A stretch of 63,776 nucleotides of DNA, the filler included, from Octopus bimaculoides (Eukaryota): assembly GCF_001194135.2 (NCBI RefSeq). It is 5 parts of 5 records of this genome, joined end to end, with 100 filler letters (N's around TTAATTAATTAA, not from the genome) between each part and the next. Parts side by side here need not be neighbours in the genome. Positions count along the whole stretch, not along the records: positions 10,101 to 39,484 come from NC_068983.1; 4 more parts are not named here. One strand, given 5' to 3'. Position numbers and translations under genes: made by a program. Shown here piece after piece: positions 22,366 to 32,884 of this stretch. Positions within the stretch are counted from its first letter, which is position 1. Each line of letters starts with the position of its first letter. The notes under the pieces were generated by a model. That model made no database searches. It was not told where the DNA came from and saw only the letters and a program-made list of their open reading frames with translations.

Positions 22366-25106
22366 TCTTTTTATCACAGGTTTTGTTGGAACTCATTGAG
22401 TCTTGCATGCGTAGCAGGCTTGCTACCTGCTATTCGCTCTTTCCAGCTATCTAATACTTTCCTGATTATTCTGGCCATACCAAGGAGGCCAACCTTTTGT
22501 AACAATTCTACTGGGCACTCTATTCCAGTTGCCTTGATATTCCTCTTGATGCCTTCTGATACTGTTCCCAAGGACCCAACAGTAATTGGCACTATCTTCA
22601 CCTTCTTCAGTTTTCCTAGCCGGGCTATTTCTTACTTAAGTGAGTTGTATTTATCTATATTCGCGCCTTCCTTCTTGACTATTCGTCGGTCAAAGGGGTA
22701 TGCAACATCAATTACATAGCACCTGTAGTGCATCTTTCCCACCAACATTAGGTCCGGTCTGTTATACTCTAGCAGCTGATCTGTTTGGATTGCTAGTCTC
22801 CGACTCTACCACTCTCTGCGGCTTGACTCTCTCTAGCCCTCACTTTTTGCAATTTTCCAATGGAGCGCTTTCGCTACTTGATCACGTCACTACAGCTTGT
22901 ATTGCTTTTGAGTATATATAAGAGGTTGCTGACTGTCTTGCAGTAACAATTGTATCCGCATCCGGTTCTATTTAGCATGTCAGATAAAGGTTTCAATGCC
23001 AAGCAGAAAAGAAGTGGGGAGAGCGTGTCTCCCTGGAATATTCCTCTTCTAATAGGAATAGCTTTGGTTTTTATGAATTCCTCTTTTGTTTGGAGCCGTA
23101 GCACTATCTGCCATTTATTCATAGAGTGTCTTATTTATTTTATAATTATTGGTGCTACCTTGTTCTTGGCTACTGTTTCTAGGATCCATGTGTGGGGAAT
23201 GCTATCAAAAATCTTTCGGTAGTCGATCCAGGCCATACTGAGGCCCTTCTTCTTTCTGCGGCTGTCTTCAGTTATGGCTTTGTTGATCATTAGTTGATCA
23301 TTACAGCTGTATGAGCCCTTGCAGCATCCCTTCTGCTCTTCTGGAAACAGGTTATTTTCTTCCAGATGCTTGCTCAATCTCTGCGATATTATTGCAGTAA
23401 AGGCTTTGTAAATTATAGGGAGACAAGTTATTGATCTATAATTTTGTGGGCTTGCCGTTTCAGAGGATTTGGGAATTAGGATAGTTTTCCCTTTCGTGAG
23501 TCATTCAGGCATTATCTCTGGCTCTGCTAGTATGTCGTTAAAGTTTTCAGCCAGCTTTTTGTATGTTCCTGTCAGATATTTAACCAGAAGTTGGTGATCT
23601 TATCGTGCCCAGGTGCCTTACAGTTACTTAGTTTTTGCAGTGACTGGGTGACCTCTTCAGTTGTTATAGGATTCCAGAGTTGTTCAGGTGCTAAGTTCGT
23701 TGTTTTGACAGCCCTTTTCTAAGGTTGTTCCTTCGCCGACCATATTTCTTTCCAAAATTCTTCCACTTCTTCTGCTGTTGGTGCTGTATTCATGTCTATT
23801 CTATTTTTGCCAAGTTCTTGGTAGAATCTTTTGGGGTTGGATTTGAACTGTTTGTTTTGTTCAAAGAAATGTCGGCGTTTCTCATACCGGCGCATTCTTT
23901 GTGCTTTGGCAAGGATATCTTGCTTTAGCTGTTCTTTTAACTCACGTAACTCTTTTTCTCTAATGTATTTGCACAGTATTTTTGTTTTCTTCTTGTTGCT
24001 TAGTAGTGTTGATTGTCTACTAGTTTCGTTAAGAATTGACAGATCTCATCTCTTGTTTTCTATTTTTTCTGGATATTATTTATCCACAGGATTTGGTTGG
24101 TTGGTGGTACTCCTGTTTGGATGGGTTTGAGGGCGTATCCAGCTTCTTTTTGTAGCCACGGTGGCTGCTGCATATATTATGTCATTTAGCTCGGAGATAT
24201 TGACATTTGTTTCTGTGGCTATTAGTTCTGTGGCGGCCAGGTTCATGCTATTTATTATTGGTATTGTTTTATTATCTATTTTGATTTTTGGGAGGTATAA
24301 TCGGTGGTTCATACTGAGATCTGTGGTTTTCAGTTCTTTGATTATGCTCATTTTTAGAGTATCATAATCATCAGATTCCCCTTCTCTGTTTCCTGGTTTT
24401 AGATTTGTTTCATCTTCCTTTCCGTTCATATGTCTGTCTGTGGTGTTATGGTTTGGTGCTTTTTGCACATCATTATACATTCCTAAGATTTGTGTTTGTT
24501 GTCTTTTGTTGATTACTTCGCTGTTGTTGGAAGTGTTACGTCTGTCTTCGTGTTTTACAGTCTCAGTGCTTATATTATTTGGTCTTGCTGTGTGGCTACT
24601 ATCTACATTTTCCTGATGTGTTTCCCTTTTAAATGTTCTATTTCTATTTCTGATATTTTTTTATTTATTTTGAGAATATATCTTCGTATCTTAGCTAGTT
24701 TATTAGGGTTTATTGCCGTATCCAAGTCTTTATTTAGGTTATTTTTCTTCCAGATTTTTTGTATGTATATGTTGTGGTGTTTTCGTTCTTTGGGTAGAGC
24801 ACTGCTGTAAAATAAGCGTGAAGGATTTAAATATATTCCTCATGTGTCCATTTATGCTTTTTTTTTATTTGCGGGACATGAGGAACAACGCCGGCCCTTT
24901 ATTTTGACGGTCATCATTTTCGTAGGGTACCGCTCCGTTCATTTCTGGTGTTAAATTGTTTTGCACGTGTAGCTTTTCGTACTTTTTGTGTAACAAGTTT
25001 AAAGTACGTACTTCCCGATTGTTATTCTTGGGTTGAATAATACTGGTATTGTTTAATTTATTTGTATAGCACCAAATTTCCGTGACTTCACAGTATGGCG
25101 GCCATA
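22364..25106 (-). mobile_element. R4/Dong-type LINE, near full span with a large internal deletion
   Basis: N-terminal KWTHEEY, ELNDIIYAAA; RT EEQKGC...AWIDY...IRRGIFQGDTLSPLLFCLAL; a jump at ~22910 skips YxDD, thumb and CCHC; RLE NRPDLML..VIDVAYP..KY..PITVGSLG; (AAT)n tail 22308-22363. Confidence 0.9.
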
Positions 25107-25126
25107 ATATCAACAACAACAACAAC

Positions 25127-25189
<63 letters not shown>

Positions 25190-25191
<2 letters not shown>

Positions 25192-26666
25192 GCCTCCGTA
25201 GTGGCGATAACCTCGAGGATAATAATGCAGATGAAGATCAGTGAAAACATTAGTAAGGTAAAAGTGTTATTTCTTTACTACCCACAAGGGGCTACACACA
25301 TAGGGGACAAACAAAGACAGACAAACGGATTAAGTCGATTATATCGACCCCAGTGCGTAACTGGTACTTATTTAATCAACCCCGAAAGGATGAAAGGCAA
25401 AGTCGACCTCAGCGGAATTTGAACTCAGAACGTAGCGGCAGACGAAATACCGCCAAGCATTTCGCCCGGCGTGCTAACGTTTCTGCCAGCTCGCCGCCTT
25501 ATTAAGGTAAAAGTGTTGTAGAGGAAAGGCCGGCCAATCAATATAATGTAGAAATCACTGTATTACGAGACGATATGACTGAGGAACAGAGAAACCCTAG
25601 GATAAGACTCAAGGATAAAATAGATACAAGAACAGAGACCAAGTCGGTGAATTTGAGAAGCTTCGACCGTAACAATGTGAAGCGTGCGACTCAAAAAGGT
25701 GTTGAGATTCTGAAATACATTCTGACAAACGATCTAACGGAAACAAGGGACTTGGTCAGATCCGCTTCAATTTTAGTTGGTGAACTGGTTGGAAGGAAAG
25801 AAGCCATGGTCGAAGCTGAGAATTGAAGGCAATATTAAACTTTACATAAAGATCTGAGTCTCATAGAAGAATGGTCCAAAAGACAATGGGAAAATGCTAA
25901 AAAGGTGCAAGGGCATATCTTGTTGCAAAATGCCAAATTAAAAAGAAAGGGTTCAAAAGAAAGGCCAGCCAATCAAATAATGTAGAAATCCCTGTATTAT
26001 CGAAACGCTAAAACGTGTGCGAGGAAAAACATTAAAGGTGCAACGCTACACTGATTGCATATTGCAGTTCCAGCAAAACCAGCTATTTTCAAATAACCAG
26101 AGGCAGTTTTTAAGAGCTTAGGAGGAAATACAAAAGATAATATATTTCCTGAAGCAAAGGAAATCCGCCAATTTTGGAATAACATCTGAGGATAAGAACT
26201 TGCCCACAACCACGATGCTGAGTAGATTCATTCCGTAAGGTCTCATCAGTCGGAGGCTCCACAACTCCACCAGTCGGAAGTTCCACGACTGGATCATGTA
26301 CTGTGCATACCAACGGAAGACGTAAGTGCACAGGTACCAAGACTGCCAAACAGAAAAGCGGTAGGATCAGACGAAATACAAGGCTACTGACTCAAGTGGT
26401 TTAGATCAAAACAAAAGCGAATTGCGTTGCAATTAGGCAATTTCCTACAGAGCGGCGCACTTCCGGAGTGGATTGTAGAAGGAAAGAAAACATCGTTTAT
26501 GAAAGATGGGTCAAAGCACAATGCGGTTGCCAGTTTTCGACCCATTGCTTGTCTTAACCTCTTACGGAAAGTGTTAATAGGCATTCTCGCAGGGAAAATA
26601 CATACGTTCCTTGTGGAAAACAATCTACTCCAAGCAGAACAACAGGGATGCTGAAAAGGTTCCACG
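25190..26666 (+). mobile_element. Second R4/Dong-type LINE, 5' part to early RT, then fused to 28S
   Basis: LTNDLTETRDLVRSASILVGELVG, LHKDLSLIEEW, PEWIVEGK..SFRPIACLNLLRKVL..NNLLQAEQQGC*KGSTG. Confidence 0.85.
25269..25502 (-). mobile_element. SINE family 2, full length, with perfect 15-bp TSD
   Basis: TAAGGTAAAAGTGTT at 25254-25268 and 25503-25517; head aaggcggcgagctggcagaaacg, B box gagttcaaattcc. Confidence 0.95.
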
Positions 26667-27568
26667 GGCCCTGGGGAAGTTGACGGCCTCGATCTACTCT
26701 CGAACTCGGAAGGGGCGAAACGGACCACCTTTCTCCCGATCAGAGGCGACCGTATATCGCAGCCATTGCGACGCGACGAATGCACGGTGCCAAGTGGGCC
26801 ACTTTTGGTAAGCAGAACTGGTGATGTGGGATGAACTGAACGTCCGGCTAAGGTGCCCTACGCTTCGCCCATTATATTACCGAAAGGGTGTCGGTCGATA
26901 TAGACAGCAGGACGGTGGCCACGGAAGTCGGAATCCGTTCAGGAGTGTGTAACAATTNNNNNNNNNNNNNNNNNNNNNNNNNNNNNNNNNNNNNNNNNNN
27001 NNNNNNNNNNNNNNNNNNNNNNNNNNNNNNNNNNNNNNNNNNNNNNNNNNNNNNNNNNNNNNNNNNNNNNNNNNNGTGACCAATGCTGGACCAACCAGGC
27101 GACGAGTAGAAGGGCGCCGCGGCGTGCATGGAAGCCGCGGAAGCGCGCCCTGGTGAAGCCGACCGCGCGTGCAGATATCGGTGGTAGTAGCAAGTATTCG
27201 AATGAGACCTTCGAAGACCAAAGTGGATAAGGGTTCTGTGTCGACAGCAGTCGATCACGAGTCAGTCAGTCCAGAGAAGCGGGCGAAAGCTCCCACGAAA
27301 GGCGCCGGATTTGTCACAGTCGTCACAGTCTCACGCATGTATGCACGCATGCATGCACGCAAGTGGCCGGCCTCGCATTGAAAGGGAATCAAGTTAATAT
27401 TCCCGAACCCGAGCTCGGAGAGTGCCCGTCCGGCGGTGGAAATGTGGAGGCACTGGTACGGACCGGGGAAATCCGACTATCTATTAAAACAGAGCATCGC
27501 GTAGCTCTCCGAGCTGCACAGACGTGATGTGGTTTCTGTACAGTGCTCTGAATGTCAAAGTGAAGAAA
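26664..27568 (+). pseudogene. 28S: 28S rRNA fragment, diverged, internally deleted and gap-interrupted
   Basis: Conserved LSU motifs: gtgggccacttttggtaagcagaactgg, gatatagacagcaggacggtggcc, ggtggtagtagcaa, gaaagggaat..gttaatattcccgaacc, actggtacggacc..aatccgact, cagtgctctgaatgtcaaagtgaagaaa. Not flanked by other rDNA. Confidence 0.92.
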
Positions 27569-27721
27569 GTATTGTCTGAAATCATTGCAGTGACTTGACA
27601 AACAGTACAAACCCCCGGCAGACACAATGTCTTCAATCAACATCATCACTATATCAAACTGGACGACGTCTTAAAGAAGAAGACGAAGAAGAAGAAGAGG
27701 GATAATTATGATGATAATGAA

Positions 27722-27750
27722 ATAGTAGTAGTAGTAGTAGTAGTAGTAGT

Positions 27751-27839
<89 letters not shown>

Positions 27840-27840
27840 C

Positions 27841-27890
<50 letters not shown>

Positions 27891-27911
27891 CAGCAGTAGT
27901 AGTAGTAGTAG
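27722..27911. repeat. Compound (AGT)n/(AGC)n microsatellite
   Basis: Direct reading. Confidence 0.95.
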
Positions 27912-28044
27912 TTCTTCTTCCACATTAATTCACCGCATATATTCTCTTGTAGCACAATTTTGGACAAGATATTCATATCCATTAGGCAGTTGATATTTGT
28001 GCAAGATATGTGTGTGTATGTATTTATGAATTCATACGTTGTGA

Positions 28045-28175
28045 AGGCGTGTGACATAAGTGTTGAGGTATTAACTTCATAATCAGGAGATCGTGCGTTC
28101 GCCCGTGTGTTCGATTCCAAGACCGGCTGCACATTGTAAACTTGAGCAAGCACTTCATTCCACGTTGCTCTAATC
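28045..28175 (+). mobile_element. Diverged tRNA-derived CORE-like SINE (third family)
   Basis: B box gttcgattcc at ~28109-28118, then cttgagcaagcactt. Confidence 0.5.
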
Positions 28176-29500
28176 TACTAATTTAAAAGAGAATATCACC
28201 AACATCTCAAGTTGACCATGTGGTGGACTTGAGGGTAGAAGTAGCGAATGACCTACACTTTATTTAATAAAGAAAAGCTTCGGTGATAGTTAAAATCTTC
28301 CATGACCTCGGCACTAGGGGTCTACATATGGTTTTTCTAACGACTGCTAGATGTATAAAACAAAATTTCCTCAAAATCTGTCTAGGGTAGATTAATGTTT
28401 TTATAGATGGAGGGATGGATGTATATAGATGCATGAGTTAACAATTGAATCTCAAGAAGTAGAAGATAAAGCTCCTTCAAATCATGTCCTGTTGTCTAAT
28501 GTAAGCATTGCAGTAAGAGTTGATGGATTTACGTATACATGTATGGAAGCAGGCATGTATGTACGAATGTCTGGAAGTGTGGATACATGGTTGTCTCAAT
28601 GAACCAAGAAGACAATGTCTATATGGGCACCCGACCAACCACATAGTGAACCAACGAAGAAGTCATCTTGAGGTTAATTCACTCTTTTACAAATAAGGCT
28701 AAGTCTTCATGTCATAACCTTCAAAATGGTTGCAATATATAAAATATAAAACTCGTTTCCGTCCGTTTTGCTAATTTCTGCTTGACAACCAAAGAACATT
28801 GTCTATTTTGTATCTAGTAAATATAATATGACAGAAATAATTTTACACACGCACGCACACACACACACACACACATACACAATTATCAATTTATGGAATG
28901 TTGTGCAAGTATTGCTTAATGCTTAATTCAAATGTCTTGAATGACTGACATCTGAACGAAAAAATATGAAATCAAAAATGTTATAACAAAGCTAAATTTG
29001 GATATATTGTAAATTTAACAATTATGAATTCAAAGACCTTAATAAGTTAATCAATGGTCACAGACAAATACGTCGATTGTTCAACTTATCCGACAAAATC
29101 AATGCTTTGTTTTGCTTGAAAGAATAACCTAGAACAAAACGTAATGGTGAGCCAAATTTGATATGATTATGAATTTCGATATTTTAAATGAATACGGAAG
29201 ATCCATTTCAATATAATCTGGGAAAGATATGTAACTATGCTTGCCTCAGTTCTCAGCAATATTTGTGGTTTTATGGTCAGTTACAAGATAGATAGCAATC
29301 AAAAAAAGTTAATTATTTTTACGCCGGTGTGAAACAGAAAAGCAGAGAAACAATGCTAGTAATAGGTGAATATACATGTGTTCAGACGGATAGATTGAGT
29401 GAAAGATAAATAGGTAAGTACGTAGATTGGTCGTTAGGTAGCTAGATAGACAAAAAGTTTGACAGATAGATCACTGCGACAGGGAAGTAAATAATTTTAC

Positions 29501-29705
29501 CTTGACAATATTCGTCTTTGAAACCAACATTAAGCAGGGCAATATGGCCATTAACTCCAAACCCACGTGTAGCAATAAATTCATAAGTATACTTTCTGCT
29601 GTAGTTGTGTACATTAACACAAGCAAAATTCCAGTTTCTGCTCTCAATTTCACCAGATTCTTCAAACAACTCCATGTTATTTCCATGCGAATCCTTTGAT
29701 TGAAG
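29501..29705 (-). CDS. Exon of MAM-domain protein: C-terminal half of MAM domain A
   Basis: Acceptor tattttcAG, donor GTaaaa; 205 nt, phase 0 to 1. Translates LQSKDSHGNNMELFEESGEIESRNWNFACVNVHNYSRKYTYEFIATRGFGVNGHIALLNVGFKDEYCQ, matching the MAM consensus W-x3-V...FE-x-RG...G-x-IAL-DDI...C. Confidence 0.8.
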
Positions 29706-29776
29706 CTGAAAATACATTATTACATATGCGTTTACACACACAAACACATACATACATACATACATACATACATACA

Positions 29777-29812
<36 letters not shown>

Positions 29813-30233
29813 TATATTGAGAAAAGGGAGGCAGTGAGAATTTTGGATAATCCAAAATTAGCGCTTTCGTTCGTTTCTCGAACTCGTCAAGACTAAATCA
29901 AAATGGTAAAAACAGAATGTTTTCTTTTATGTGAATGAATTTTTTTTATTTCGCTTTGTTTAGAATAGAATATTGTTTTTGTCTTTTGGTGGGAGAAGAG
30001 AAGGAAAAGCAAAGAGGAGGAATATATATATATATAGAGAGAGAGGTGGGGTTCAGGACAATCAAGAAAATAATAAAGGATGGGGGAAGGATTGATAGAT
30101 TGAAAGATAGATAGAGAGAGAGGCGGAGAGAGAAAAAGAGAGGTTTCTTTTCAATTTGATATGCTCAATTCATTGAAATTTCATTACAAAGCATTTTTCT
30201 ACTTTCTACATTATTTTTTTCTCCATTATATAC

Positions 30234-30311
30234 CTATCAACATATTCGTAAATAAACACATTTTTACACAAGGTCTGGCGACTTTTCAAAGATGTAAATT
30301 TCACGAAATAG
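30234..30311 (-). CDS. Candidate upstream exon of the MAM gene (middle of MAM A)
   Basis: Very strong acceptor cccttcttttcttatttcttgcAG. One frame gives YFVKFTSLKSRQTLCKNVFIYEYVDR, resembling L-x-S...C-x2-F-x-Y. The donor gtatat is phase 2 and does not match the phase-0 exon at 29705; boundaries approximate. Confidence 0.3.
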
Positions 30312-30849
30312 GCTGCAAGAAATAAGAAAAGAAGGGACGGTGCGGTCATCAATGAAAATTGAAAAGAGTGCAAAATCTTATAAAAATGTATTTTCCGTTA
30401 CACTGTATAGCCAAGTCCCATATTCTGTGTAAGTCTATGTTTTGCATGAACAAATAGTAAATATTAGTAAAATATTCATAAATTACGAAAATAAAGTCAG
30501 AATATAAAAGAAATAATTTGGTGTTCTTTATAATTCACTTTATTCTCGATGTACATTTAATCAAACCTCATAAATGAGTTTTGTACGTATATTGTATATT
30601 TAGCTGGAAGCCACTCAATAGGTTTTAAATTATATAATAAAACAGGGCCTGCCTAAATATATATTTTGGAGTATCTTTCACCCTTTTGCAGGAATTAGCT
30701 TGCTAAGTAGGTACATTAGATGTCTTTTCTAATCAGTGGTAAAATGATTCTAGTATTCTTTGTCGAGTATAAGTTCTAGAACAATAGTTGTCAAAATCCC
30801 AATGTTCTCTCTCTCTCACTTTCTCTCTCTCTCCCCCTCTCTCTCCCCC

Positions 30850-30917
<68 letters not shown>

Positions 30918-31764
30918 NNNNNNNNNNNNNNNNNNNNNNNNNNNNNNNNNNNNNNNNNNNNNNNNNNNNNNNNNNNNNNNNNNNNNNNNNNNNNNNNNNN
31001 NNNNNNNNNNNNNNNNNNNNNNNNNNNNNNNNNNNNNNNNNNNNNNNNNNNNNNNNNNNNNNNNNNNNNNNNNNNNNNNNNNNNNNNNNNNNNNNNNNNN
31101 NNNNNNNNNNNNNNNNNNNNNNNNNNNNNNNNNNNNNNNNNNNNNNNNNNNNNNNNNNNNNNNNNNNNNNNNNNNNNNNNNNNNNNNNNNNNNNNNNNNN
31201 NNNNNNNNNNNNNNNNNNNNNNNNNNNNNNNNNNNNNNNNNNNNNNNNNNNNNNNNNNNNNNNNNNNNNNNNNNNNNNNNNNNNNNNNNNNNNNNNNNNN
31301 NNNNNNNNNNNNNNNNNNNNNNNNNNNNNNNNNNNNNNNNNNNNNNNNNNNNNNNNNNNNNNNNNNNNNNNNNNNNNNNNNNNNNNNNNNNNNNNNNNNN
31401 NNNNNNNNNNNNNNNNNNNNNNNNNNNNNNNNNNNNNNNNNNNNNNNNNNNNNNNNNNNNNNNNNNNNNNNNNNNNNNNNNNNNNNNNNNNNNNNNNNNN
31501 NNNNNNNNNNNNNNNNNNNNNNNNNNNNNNNNNNNNNNNNNNNNNNNNNNNNNNNNNNNNNNNNNNNNNNNNNNNNNNNNNNNNNNNNNNNNNNNNNNNN
31601 NNNNNNNNNNNNNNNNNNNNNNNNNNNNNNNNNNNNNNNNNNNNNNNNNNNNNNNNNNNNNNNNNNNNNNNNNNNNNNNNNNNNNNNNNNNNNNNNNNNN
31701 NNNNNNNNNNNNNNNNNNNNNNNNNNNNNNNNNNNNNNNNNNNNNATATATATATATATATATT

Positions 31765-31895
31765 GTTGTGTCTGGGAGAATCATTCTCTTTTGGTGTCTT
31801 ATTATTTAACACACTCACCTGTTCAGTTTCCACTCATTTACCTACTTATTTTTTCTAAAATTTTCGTTACCTCTGGCAACCTTTTCAATAGTGGT
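31765..31895. mobile_element. ~125-bp dispersed repeat, copy 1 (hammerhead-like motif on the minus strand)
   Basis: Highly similar in inverted orientation to 32532-32660. Confidence 0.8.
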
Positions 31896-32024
31896 TGACT
31901 ATTCGTTATCCGAGCTGCGTTCTTTATGTTTGTGCGCATGTGTGTGAGTCAGTGTGCATGCGCATACACATATGTATGTATGTATATGTGTGTATGCATG
32001 TATGTGTGTATGCACATATATATG

Positions 32025-32200
32025 GGAGAATTTACGAAAACAACAACAGATGAAGACAGGTGGTGTAAACAACAAATGGATGTATTAGTTTAACGCTCGG
32101 GAATGGAGAAAGTCTTTGACGTTTCGAGCCTACGCTCTTCAACTGAAAGGAACACAGAAAGAAATAAGGAGAGAAACAAGGAGAAAAAAAATATAAATGT
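32025..32200 (-). mobile_element. Short non-autonomous repeat with hammerhead-like fold, copy 1 of 3
   Basis: gtgtaaacaacaaa..gtattagtttaacgctc..gagaaagtcttt.acgtttcgagcctacgctcttc shared with 51228-51355 and 54012-54125. Confidence 0.8.
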
Positions 32201-32232
32201 AGTGGTCAGCGATCTATGCATATATATATGTG

Positions 32233-32279
<47 letters not shown>

Positions 32280-32531
32280 ATGCGTGTGTGTGTGTATGTA
32301 TATGTGTACGCTTGTATGTATACATTCTACATATTCATGTGTTTGTATGTTGGTGTGTTTGTATGCGTGTGCGTGTTTCCATGTGTGTGTGTGTGCTTCT
32401 CTGAGTGAGTGTGTCTGTATGGGTTTTTGTGACTATGTACTTGCGTCTGTTATGTGGGGATGCTTGTTTCATTATGTATCCTTGTGTGAAGTGAGGTGTA
32501 TGTGTGTGTATATGGTCACGTGTTTCAATCT

Positions 32532-32660
32532 TCATTGAAAAGGTTGCAAGACGCAACGAAAGGTTTAGAAAAAATGAATAGGTAAATGAGTGGAAACTGA
32601 ACAGGTGAGTGTGTTAAATAATAAGGCACTAAAAGAGAATGACTCTCCCCAGACACAACA
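32532..32660. mobile_element. ~125-bp dispersed repeat, copy 2, inverted relative to copy 1
   Basis: Its reverse complement aligns to 31765-31890 with scattered mismatches. Confidence 0.8.
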
Positions 32661-32719
32661 AAATATACTTCAACACACGAACTCACATAAAGGGTCTTGC
32701 AAACCAAATCCAAAAAACG

Positions 32720-32762
<43 letters not shown>

Positions 32763-32884
32763 TATATATGTATGTATATATCGGATCATTTATAGAGATG
32801 AGTATCACGTTATCAGGAACAACAGTAGTAGTGTAATATAAATGTTTTCTCTTTACCCATCATCGTTATTATTAAACTACATAA

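Noticed and set aside
25503-25510. TAAGGTA in the SINE TSD resembling the R2 target TTAAGGTAGC
   Set aside because: A short AT-rich match expected by chance.
26664-27568. Functional rDNA unit
   Set aside because: Partial, internally deleted, substituted in conserved motifs and lacking neighbouring 18S, 5.8S or the rest of 28S.
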